Positions 11,257 to 22,516 of a stretch of DNA of 33,193 bases are shown in pieces. Position numbers and translations under genes: made by a program. Source of the stretch: Octopus bimaculoides (lineage: Eukaryota); contig NC_068987.1 in NCBI RefSeq assembly GCF_001194135.2, positions 28,730,888 through 28,764,080 of the forward strand. The letters run 5' to 3'. The stretch's first letter is position 1. Every line of letters begins with the position of its first letter. The notes beneath the pieces were generated by a model. That model worked only from the letters and a program-made list of their open reading frames with translations. It was not told the origin of the DNA and did not search any database.

Positions 11257-11418
11257 AATTCTCAAGTTGGCGCATATGATTGTGGACTTTTTTCCCTGGC
11301 GTATGCATTTGAATTGGTCACTGGAAACGCTCCAGAGAAGTTTCTATATGATCAGTCAAAAATGCGAGCACATTTAAGATTTTGCCTCGAAAACAATAAA
11401 TTTGTTCCTTTCCTGAAA
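11257..11418 (+). pseudogene. C-terminal fragment of an Ulp1/SENP (peptidase C48)-like cysteine protease domain
   Basis: NSQVGAYDCGLFSLAYAFELVTGNAPEKFLYDQSKMRAHLRFCLENNKFVPF. The Q-x5-C spacing equals yeast Ulp1 QPNGYDCG (oxyanion Gln, catalytic Cys at 11281-11283), followed by the usual helix and MRxHL tail. His/Asp would lie in gap 11006-11256. Confidence 0.7.
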
Positions 11419-11575
11419 GTAAAGGTTTTTCAAATGTCTACAAAAACCACAGAAGTCACTCACTTTCTATCATCCACCCAGAAATGGATTACCCCTAGAA
11501 AGACGATTAAAAATTATAACTTCTCACATGAACATTCAGAACATATTTTATCACCTAATATATTCGGCGTTTTAA

Positions 11576-14059
11576 ATAAAGATTTCGAGCAAAGCCCAAA
11601 AAAGTAGTCAGGAATCTAATGAGAAAAAGACATTGAAAACGATTTGCCCGAGAAAAACCATCACACTAGAGAATAAGTCGGTCATAAATTTATCTAAACT
11701 AAAACTTTCGCTCGACGATCTCTCAGTCTTAGAACTTGTACTGAGTTTTTGCCCAAGCACTAAGAATTTCGACAAGAATAAACTATCTGAAGAGCTATTT
11801 TAGTTTGTCCGCCACCACAAGCTGAAAGAATATGTTTTTGAAAAAAGTGGTAATGAGGAGTCAGAAAACCCTATGTTTACTAAAAATAAAAATGATGATG
11901 ATCGAATCTGGCATAATTGGATTGAAAAGAATCCCAATTGGTATACAGATAAAGTTCGGGATGGGCATTCACGAGCACTACTGGGATCTCTTGAATCTTG
12001 TCAGGCAGGCAGTAGAGAAAGCCTTAAAACAAATGGAAAGAAGTCCTGGAATAACCTCAACAATTCCGAACGTTATGCACTACGACGTCTAGCTAATAAC
12101 GATTCTATTGTTATTAAGATGGCGGATAAGGGAGTCGCAACCGTAATTATGGACAAAAGGTAGTAGATTTCGGCTTGTGAAGAAGTTTTAAATGACAAAA
12201 CTTCATATGAAGAAATACCTGTCGATCCAAACCCCAATTACAGAGAGGAAGTTGACAAAATAATTCTGGAAATAGAGGAAAACAATTTAGTTAATAAGGC
12301 TGAAACTACGATTTTAAGGTCAGAAAGAACGACTTTATTTTATGGTCTCCCTAATATATACAAAAAGTTCGAAAGATTTCCTCCAATGCGCTCAATTTGC
12401 AGCGGATATGAATGTTGCACGGCGAAAATTTCGGAATGGTTGGATGGTTTTCTACTCTCAGTCGCAAAACGATCGAGTTCCTATATACGGGATACCTTTG
12501 ATATTGTATCTAAACTCAACAACTTTTTTAAGAGCCGAGGCCGTATTGAGAACTGTTTTTTCGCAACCATGGATGTTTCGTCCTTATATCCCAATATTGA
12601 TCACAATGAAGATGTAGAAGCATGCATGGAGGCCTTTGAAAAGCAGTCAAAGAAAAGTATTCCACCAAATTAAATCTGTAGATTATTGAGGTTTGTGTTA
12701 GAAAGTAACACAATGAAGTTTAGACAAAAATTTTACCACTAGAAGAAGGGTTGCACCATGAGTACCCCTATGGCAGTTAATTTCGCTAATGTCTTCATGA
12801 CAAAATTCAAGACACAGTTACTGAAGACATTCAAATCCTTTCATGGTCACGATACAATACTATGGTTACAGTTCATTTACGACGTATTTTCTGTCTGGGA
12901 AGGATCACAGGATAAGTTAATGGACTTCTTGCATTTCTGTGACTGTTGTGCTAGAAACTATGTCTCTAAGTCCAACATAAAATTTACGTCTAATTTTTCA
13001 AAAACTAGCGTTGAACTTTTGGACACAAAAGTCAAGTTTTCTGGAGGCAGAATACTGACAGAGTTATTTTGCAAGCCCACATCATCCCACAATTATTTCC
13101 ACCGCCGCTACGATCATCCACATCATCTTATTCGGTCAAATCCGAAATCCCAGTTTTTTAGGATAAAATGGATTTGTACTGACATAGGGAATTACTGGAA
13201 ACATGCAAATGCTTTTGTATGTCATTATGTCAAATGCGATTACAGTGAATCACGATTTAAGGAAATATCAAATAAAATAGCTAAGATTAGCAAAGATAGT
13301 TAAAACCTACCCGCATAATTTAGCAAACACAATACAATAGATGGCATTTCAAAAGTGTTGCATGAAAGTTACCAGCGTGTGGCGAAAAAATATTCTGATT
13401 TCAAAGAGATATTTCCCCAGTCGCCTATTGTAGCCTTTAGACGGGATAAGAATATAAGAGAATTATTGACCTATATATCTGACTCCAATAAAACGAGCAT
13501 TGGAGTATCTGCACGCTGTACCTTAAAGAACATCCACAAGAGAGCTAAGTCCTGTTCATTGTGCAACAACATGAGTGAAGTGAATTCCAACAGAAATCAA
13601 TACAGGAATGTTATGATTTATACAGAAAGTGGAACATGTAGAGTTTCCCATTTGTTGTACGCTGCAGAATGCACGAACCACAACTTAATTTATGTTGGTT
13701 GTACAACATACCAATTAAACAAAAGTTTTAATGGGCACAGATTTGACGTCAAGCATAATAACAGTAGTTCGACAGAACTTCGTGAACATTTCGTTTCAAG
13801 CGGCTGCAATTTTGAAGCCTTGAAAGTGCATATTCTCAGAAAATATTCTCAATCTCCTTCACTGTCACTTCTCAGAATGCATGAGGAGAAATATGTTTAC
13901 GGGTTATTAACATCACGCCTTCGATGAATGAATAAGGTGGCAGGAGAATATCATCAAATTTATACAAAACTGTATGATTAAATTTTCTTCTTTCTCTCTT
14001 TTTCTTTCCTTTTTTCTGTCGTCTTCTTTTTTCTAATTTTTTGGTCTTTTTCTTTTCGC
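11576..14059 (+). mobile_element. Nearly full-length degenerate Penelope-like retroelement (N-terminal domain, RT, Cys-rich linker, GIY-YIG, partial 3' UTR)
   Basis: VINLS...LSFCPS; NLNNSERYALRRLANNDSIVIKMADKGVATVIMD; FYGLPNIYK; RT motif A ATMDVSSLYPNI (about 12563); motif B GCTMSTPMAVNFANVFM; motif C LWLQFIYD (DD changed to YD, 12872-12883); thumb KPTSSHNYFH...HP; EN LLYAAECTNHNLIYVG...FNGHRFD. Stops at 11801, 12161, 12671, 12740, 13301 and 13925, plus frameshifts. Native stop at 13979-13981. Confidence 0.95.
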
Positions 14060-16330
14060 CAAGAATAAGAAGGAAAGACGGAAGATTGTCTCTCGTGCCG
14101 ACTCAACAATACAATTGCAACAATACTGGCCACAAAATGAGCATCAGCACTGCATCAATAGGAACCAATTTCGTTCTTGTACGTTCTTCGTAGATACGCG
14201 ATGTACACATCTCATAGTCGATTGGATTGGAAGTATTTGGTAAGGTAAAGCCGGCAATGTCTGGATCTCCCAATACGAGTGATTCTCTTGGATGCAGAAG
14301 GTAAGTTGATGGACCTAGATGTGTAAATTAGTGAAGAGGATGTCTTCAGTCTAATTGCTTTGTATTGACTCGTCACACGGAGAACAACATTTCTGGCATC
14401 CGGAGATTTTCTTAGGAACATCTCATTTTTTGGTGCTTCGCAGATACCAGAGGGCTCGTTGAGGTTGTGTGGGGCTAGCTGCTGAGACAGGCTGGTGCGA
14501 ACGTCTTGCTAACTTATTTAGAAGTTTCCAAATCACATTGGATTATTCAGATCTTATCTGGAGAGAGAATCCTGTTGACCAGTTGATAAAGAAAGCACGA
14601 CTTGTCCGTATTTTAACATCTTCCACTACGTACACCACAAATGTTTAATATGTATGGTCTAGCTAGATATGGTCTAGCTAGGTATGGATCTAGTTACTCG
14701 AAAATGATGCGTCGTTCTCGACGGACTGGATTAAGAAATTATGAACGCGTACGCTGACGGAGAATAATTATCAACAGCAAACAGTGGTTTACTATGAAAA
14801 GGGCACTTAGAGTAGAATCGATATAGCTTAGTAAGATCACAGCGATAGAGAAAGCTGAAATAGAGAGATACTTAGTTAAAAAACTTAGAAGATGTACTTG
14901 CGAATGGCATCGCCGAAGATATTCCCACGGCGAAATTAGCCCTCAACCGATTCTTGATCATGAAACACAAAGGCTGTGTTGTCAGGGCTATGACACCTAT
15001 TCTGCGACACGTGATGATGAAAGCTGTTCGATACGTTGGGACAATGGAGACGCTGCTTGACAACAAACACACAATGTGGTCTCTGCCGAACCAAAATGAG
15101 CGCATATTCTCTCGAAAACTGTTACAGCTTTTATACTGCAATTTTCCCCACTCTTCGAAACTTGGATGGGCTGAAGCGCTGGATAGAATTTTAATACCTA
15201 CACTGAAGTCATAATTCTTACCAAGAGACTACGAGTATCGAGAAAATCCGAAAACATCCGGAAAAATGAAGTGACGAATGTTGCTGGATGGCTCGATAAC
15301 ATACTCTACGAGGCTTTCTTAACGGCGAGCCTGTGCGTTCGTCGCTTGTCAGACTCGCTTTTCCTGATCTCATCTCCTTGGCAGCACTGTATTCTTGTAA
15401 CAAGCGTAGCAAGATGTAGTGCGCCAGACACATAGAATGTCGTCAGGCAATTACAAATATCTACCAGTCGAGTATTGTGGGCGCTGAAAATTCCACATTA
15501 TTGTTTTATAGTCTTGTAGTGGTATGCAACAGGAACGATATTCACGCTTATAATCTGGGAGTCAACGAAAAACTGGTAATCTGTTCCGAATGACTATCGC
15601 GCCTGAGTCCATCGGTAACTTCCAGAAGCTTCTGGAGCAAAAGTGCTACCGGGAGGTTTTGTTACGTTGAAGCTTAACGGCATGGAAGTACCGTCAGTAG
15701 CGACTGCTCTAGTTGGGCATCGAGTAACCAGACACTTCTGCATGCAGAACCTGGTAATCGAACATTGTGAATAAACATTGTGATTTGTGAATTGATCCCA
15801 CTATGAACTAAGTTCACTGTGAAGAAAGTCTCGCTAAGTTTATTGTCAAGACCGTCTCGCGGCCTTCATTTATCCGGGTTGAGTAGGCAGTATTTATCTG
15901 GTTGTGTTCGCGAATCGTGTTGTGTGGTGGAACAAACTGAAAGCGTTATTGACAAACACATTTATTGGCTAAGACAACATCAACGTTTTCAAGTTTTATT
16001 TGTGAAGGAAAGTGCAGGTGGAGAATGAAGTGCGGCCTTCCAATAAATTGTTGGAGGTTTAATGAGTGTTTCATTGAAGGTCCAAGAGAACGAGCTTTGT
16101 TCACAGTGAACAAAGCTCGTTCCACAGTAGATTGACGAGAGTGAATAATAAGAGACCACTTTGCGGAATGGTCATGTTTACAGAGGTTTTCTGGGGTCTC
16201 TACAAGCAGCACTCAGATATCTCCACACGGGGTAATTATTTCTTGGTTCAGCTTTGTGTCTCTATGTTCCTGTTATGTTCTTCTCTGCATGATTTTGTGT
16301 GGCACCATATTGAATAGTACCGTCATATAT
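14060..16330 (-). mobile_element. GC-richer block, possibly a very old Ty3/Gypsy LTR-retrotransposon remnant
   Basis: Only weak motif echoes in the expected minus-strand order: gag-like MFIHNVRLPGS, protease-like IVIRNRL/QFFVDS..SVNIVP and FSDFL..SLLV, integrase-like FERICAHFGSAET. No RT and no LTR pair were found. Confidence 0.35.
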
Positions 16331-16375
16331 CCTCCTCGATATTTCTGTAAAACCCTAATTGTTTATAAAGAAGCA

Positions 16376-16399
16376 TTATTATCATCATCATCATCATCA

Positions 16400-16460
<61 letters not shown>

Positions 16461-16505
16461 TATTATCATCATCCTCATCATCATCATTATCATCATCATT
16501 ATTAT
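16376..16505. repeat. (CAT)n/(ATT)n compound microsatellite
   Basis: Directly visible. Confidence 0.95.
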
Positions 16506-17104
16506 TTGCTTTTGAATCTTTCAAGTTTCACTTCTAAAGAAAATATAGCAACTACATGAAATAGACATTTTTTTTTTTTAAATTACGCTCACACTGATAG
16601 CTTAAGAAAGCTTGGAGATATTCGCCTTTGTCAATCCTATATGGCTTAGACAAAGGAAAAAATAAGGTTTGGGATTATAGCTTTGAGCAAATTTGTTTTT
16701 CACTTCACGCTGCGTTCACAGAGAAGAATTGGATACACAAATATCGAACGAAGCCTAAAGAAGAAAATTCAAAAGGAACGCTGTTCATAAATTACAATAT
16801 ATATATATACATATATACCAAAAATGATTTAATTGCACAAAATACTATTAATTTTGAACGTAAAAACTGGAAACACTCATATTTTAAAAAAGAGTTCTAA
16901 TATCACGCTTGGAAATCGTATCAACAATAATGAATAAGACAACAACAATGACATGTACACCACCTTCGGAAGACAAACCATATACGTTATTTAACATTCG
17001 TTATACCTTGCGTAATTTCATTACGGTTTCTTATTTTCATGTCTACGTCTACATCCCGATCGGGATAACTTCGTTGTTCATTTTTCTGCTTTTTGTTTTT
17101 TAGA

Positions 17105-17265
17105 TCGTTTACTTGTTTCAGTCATTGGACTGCAGCCATGCGTAGACACTACGTTGTAGGGTCTTAGTCAATTGAATATCGGTCTGTTATGGCAAACCGC
17201 TAGGTTAAGTGGACATAAGTAAACCAAAGCACGTTGTCAGTGATACATGACAAATACAAAGGTAT
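17105..17265 (-). mobile_element. Diverged SINE 3' tail
   Basis: tttacttgtttcagtcattggactgcagccatgc...gcaaaccgctaggtta resembles the reverse complement of a recalled octopus SINE tail; not verifiable in the window. Confidence 0.5.
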
Positions 17266-17274
17266 ACATTTAGA

Positions 17275-17323
17275 TACGCAAACACACACACACATACACA
17301 CACATTCACACAATTACACCTAA

Positions 17324-17359
<36 letters not shown>

Positions 17360-18024
17360 NNNNNNNNNNNNNNNNNNNNNNNNNNNNNNNNNNNNNNNNN
17401 NNNNNNNNNNNNNNNNNNNNNNNNNNNNNNNNNNNNNNNNNNNNNNNNNNNNNNNNNNNNNNNNNNNNNNNNNNNNNNNNNNNNNNNNNNNNNNNNNNNN
17501 NNNNNNNNNNNNNNNNNNNNNNNNNNNNNNNNNNNNNNNNNNNNNNNNNNNNNNNNNNNNNNNNNNNNNNNNNNNNNNNNNNNNNNNNNNNNNNNNNNNN
17601 NNNNNNNNNNNNNNNNNNNNNNNNNNNNNNNNNNNNNNNNNNNNNNNNNNNNNNNNNNNNNNNNNNNNNNNNNNNNNNNNNNNNNNNNNNNNNNNNNNNN
17701 NNNNNNNNNNNNNNNNNNNNNNNNNNNNNNNNNNNNNNNNNNNNNNNNNNNNNNNNNNNNNNNNNNNNNNNNNNNNNNNNNNNNNNNNNNNNNNNNNNNN
17801 NNNNNNNNNNNNNNNNNNNNNNNNNNNNNNNNNNNNNNNNNNNNNNNNNNNNNNNNNNNNNNNNNNNNNNNNNNNNNNNNNNNNNNNNNNNNNNNNNNNN
17901 NNNNNNNNNNNNNNNNNNNNNNNNNNNNNNNNNNNNNNNNNNNNNNNNNNNNNNNNNNNNNNNNNNNNNNNNNNNNNNNNNNNNNNNNNNNNNNNNNNNN
18001 NNNNNNTATATATATATATATTTA

Positions 18025-18061
<37 letters not shown>

Positions 18062-18135
18062 CATAAATATATATATACATAAATATACATCTATGTATAT
18101 AAATATATATATAGGCATACATATATATACATACC
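17275..18135. repeat. (CA)n/(AT)n low complexity flanking assembly gap 17360-18006
   Basis: Directly visible. Confidence 0.9.
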
Positions 18136-18388
18136 TTGATCATCAATATCTATATGGTCACATAGATACGCACGTAAGTGTATTTGTGTACAATCCATGA
18201 TATCTCCTGTGTGTACTACATATTTTAGTTTCCTCTGCCAACTTTATCTTTTTAAGTTTCCACACTAGATAAAACATTAGATGAGTTTAAATACTGTAAA
18301 TAATTTCGTTCATTTGAATCACATAACTATTAGCACACTATCTTTATGTACACACATACATAGATACAGACAGACAAATATATTTATG

Positions 18389-18461
<73 letters not shown>

Positions 18462-21400
18462 GCTTATATCGATTTTTTAAGTGGCAAAAGGCCAAAATTC
18501 CATAAGGAAGAGGCGTATACGAATGAATAATTTTCGGTATATTTTCTTATATCCTCGCCTTCCTCATTATTATATAAGATGATCACTAATTACATTGTAG
18601 ATGTAGTATTCAAATGAAGTAGCATTTATTTTTCACTTTACTCCCAGGTGACAGTTTTACACCGGAATATATAATTATGACTGTGCTGTCAACGATTAGA
18701 ACTTACTCTAAAATTGATAGCTCCGTCTGTTTAACAGGTAGATTACTATAAAGATGTTTGTATTCTAGGTTAATTATGCATCTCACTATACAACATCGAA
18801 CGTCATTTATTATATATAATTAATTTCAACAATGCTCACTTTACCCTCTTTCTTTTCCTTTCCTTTCATCTCTCTGTCAATTTCCTTTCTCTCTGAGGCC
18901 TTTTATTTATGCCTCTCTCTTTTCGACACTCAATTATCGCAATATTTTTCTATTTCTTGTTATCTCTCTGTAGCTTTAAATCACAACACCTTCTTCACTG
19001 TTTCTTTTTTGTTCTTTGTTTCACTACCTAGCCATCTCTTCGGTAACTCTATAAATATATGTAGAACGCGCCTTACTCTCAACTTCAGTTTCAATACCGA
19101 AAATATGTATTGTATCATGTCAAATCAAAGCCATCCATTTAAATTATTGCAGGTACTGGATATAATGATTTTAAAGCTCTATTTTTGAAACTCCTTTTGG
19201 TTATTACCCATACCGATTTACTTAAATTTCTGCAATCCATCTGTATACTACGTCAAACATTAGTTGAGAGCCTCCCTGTTCTTTTTTAAAATTTTATAAG
19301 TCTAGTATTTTTGTTTGTTTGTTGTAAGAGTAATAAACATTATGTGTTTGTGTTTTTATGCGCAGACACTCACCTACATAAATACGTGCATACATATATG
19401 TGCATGTGCGTAAGTTATAATTTGATTCACGTCAAAGATGGATTTGAACAAATTTCGTTTAACACAAATTATTGCTGCAATTTGAAAGTTAAACGATTCT
19501 ACAAGAGGGGCTTAAAAATATATCAAGTATTAAGAAAGTGGCATCATTTCAAAAATATTAGCCAAACATATTTTCACTAAAATAATATAAAAAGCAATTT
19601 TATTAAATCATTTGTCTAAGGATTGTTAAACACTTATGTACACAAATGAAGAAAAATACTTGACGTATAGAATTTTCATATTTCCTTCGAAGCTGGAACT
19701 TTTAATCCTAACTCTAAATTTGCTGTACTCATTATGTAAATATTCCAATGAGGAAAATGGAGCAGTGTGGTAACATATAAGCAAACGATTTCAAAAGATT
19801 GCATTGGTTCATCCCGAAGTTAGAAACTGCATTATATATTCAATCACCATACACGTATTTTTCAATTTTTTTTCAATATCATATCTGAAATGCACAGAAG
19901 GTTATTCGTAATGATTGTTTTCTATATATATTGCAGTACATGGAAAATGCTTTCCATGAGAAATAAAATTTCAACTAGCTTGCAGTTGGAAATTTCGGAA
20001 TAATCATCGGTGTTATTTTCCACAGTAGTTCACTAATTCCTATCATTCATTCTGTATTGTAACTAAGAAACAAAATACTAATAGAACGTTATACTTATTT
20101 GTGGGAAAAGTATCACTTTGGATCAGTTTACGTAAGGATATGCATGTTCTGTGATGTACCAACAGATTGTATGCCACATGCAATGTCTTGAATTCCATCT
20201 GTATTTTAAAAAATCATGTGGTTCATCGTGTTTGTGTGATTGTAATATATACATAATGTGTGAACATCAGTGAAAGATATCTTCAGTTCAATTTATATAA
20301 CTTGTTGCTACATTGATGTTTGCAAGTGAGAAATTAGCTCACCAGCCTAATGCTTTGAAGAATGATACGTTGCATTTATATAGCAGCTTTGTAGGTTGTT
20401 AATATTTATTGACTTCATCGAAAAATATATTTATAATGGTGAGGTTATTCCAGGCAACTATGGTAGAATATTTAAACTATATGAAGCTTTATACGATATA
20501 ACATCCTCATCCAAAATAATATTTTTATGAGTAGTAATACCGCCTTATGAAATGTATTGTCTTTGAATGCATTATTTTATAATGTGGGATTCAAATACTC
20601 TGCAGCATAGTTTTAAAAAAATTGTTAGAAACGATAATTTAGACAGATGCATATTAATATTTTTAAGAAGGTTTCGAAGGTTTATTGGTAAATGATTAGA
20701 TCTTACGCGAAGACAGTAAAATTCCACCTTATATTTAATATATGGGCTCGAAGTAGTGAACCTGTAGTTGATGTTATGTCGCAGAACTTTAGTGTAGCTA
20801 AATTTTTATCTATTGCTACTATTGCTATCATTAATCCAATTCTTTGAACGCGTTCATAAAAAGACTTCTCATCAGCAGCTTTTGAGGGGAAATTATCGCC
20901 GAAAATGAATAGTTTCTCTTCTCCTCAGCGTATGACATCCTATTAAAGCATTTTGCAAATTTGAACATGAGATCAAATTTGGTGAACTCTCGCCAGCATT
21001 TCTATCGATATTCACTGAATAATTTGAAACAAGAAACTTGATAAAATAATTCATTTGCCATGCAATGGATTTGCCATACAACCGTTGCTGAAAAAGAAAC
21101 TAAGTTATTCATCATTAGTAAAATTTCATTAACAGTGGCCACCCTCCATATTTGTGTGGGCATTTCACTGAAAATACTGAAGAGATGCCAATATTGCGTA
21201 ATTTTGCTTGAGAATATGCGTCACTCATTTAAATTATGGAGCTTTCTGGCACTATATAAACAAAAAGTAACCGTATACCTGCTTATATGTGACTCTCTGT
21301 GTGTTTATACCACGGGTATATTTGTGGTCAGGAAAGTTGAGCATTTATGTGAATGAGAGTTTGTTGGTACGAGTGCATATGTATGAGATGATGAGGAATG

Positions 21401-21777
21401 AATGGTTGGGGAATATTCGGAAGAAATGACAGATGTCGTCATCTGCGTGAGAATGGATATTGTTGGATGTAGTCGCAAGTAAAGTAAGATACTGCAGTGC
21501 ATGAGGAAGTGAATGAGTGTTGAAAACGAAACATTTTGCACGTCAGGGTTAATAGTATAAGGGACAGAAATATATCCTTCAATTAATGCGGCAATAATGC
21601 GATCTGACCAATCCAAAAGATACGATGTAGGTTCTACAGGTAGGCAGAAGTTTCAATAAATGATTTGCAAACCTTACACAGTCTAAAGTTTGGCAGATAT
21701 CAAGCGCGAAAAGTTACTTTCATAAATTGCACTGAGCCAATAATCCAGTTGCTTAATGAGCCGTTCTTGCCAAAGAC

Positions 21778-22516
21778 AATTGGGCTAGATAATAGCAAAT
21801 ATGAAACTGAGATGGATAGTGACATGATACAATCAAGAAATAATATGTCCAAAACTAACAGGAGTAATTAACTGGTAAACATCCGGTTGTTTGATATGTT
21901 TCATAGGAAATTAGGATACCTGTTGTTCTCGGTTTATAAAAAAAACATTATTAAAAATATAACAGATACAAGGAATTGGCGGCAATCAATGTAAATGGTT
22001 TCTTATATACCACTCCGTTAACGCTCTCATCATCCTAGTTGCAACAGATCATTTTGCTCGTGAGATGTGGAATTTTTCCTTAAAAACTTCCTAACACAAT
22101 TCGTACAAATCCGATTTGTTAAAGGGCGGTTTATAGAATTTACTACGTTGTTTTTACTTCAAGGTGATTTTCTCCTATCAGTATATATTCAATGCCTAAA
22201 ATTCTTTCTCCCATTGAATAACATAGAGAGAAGTTGTTATATTTGTTTAGCCTTTGCAATGTCTTGATTTATTGTTGTAATTTGAAGCAAAATTTTCAAA
22301 ACACTCCTGGGGGTTATTGGTACAGATTTTTAGTGAAATCTTTTATAGAATTTGTTTTTCTTTTAGCTGCTTCCAAGAGCTTCATCAATATATCAAGTAT
22401 CTGAATTAACAATGGTTACCAATTAATGAACCCTGTTAATTTTGGGTGCATTATTTCTTCATTGTATCATATCACCATCCATTTCAATTTTATATTTCTT
22501 ATTATCTAACCTAATT
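21778..22516. repeat. Inverted repeat pair: 103-bp arms 21778-21880 and 22414-22516, 533-bp spacer
   Basis: Manual ungapped alignment gives 20 mismatches in 103 nt (about 81%), mostly transitions. Confidence 0.9.

Noticed and set aside
11801-13927. In-frame stops in the PLE as possible selenocysteine recoding (reported for some Naiad PLEs)
   Set aside because: The stops are TAG or TAA (11801, 12161, 12671, 12740, 13301). The one TGA (13925) aligns with a Gly-coding segment in copy B, and frameshifts plus a broken DD show simple decay.
15218-15433. EMRSGKASLTSDERTGSP resembling the mariner N-terminal GR.S..D..RSGRP motif
   Set aside because: No downstream HTH, WVPHEL, DDD motifs or TIRs in any frame.
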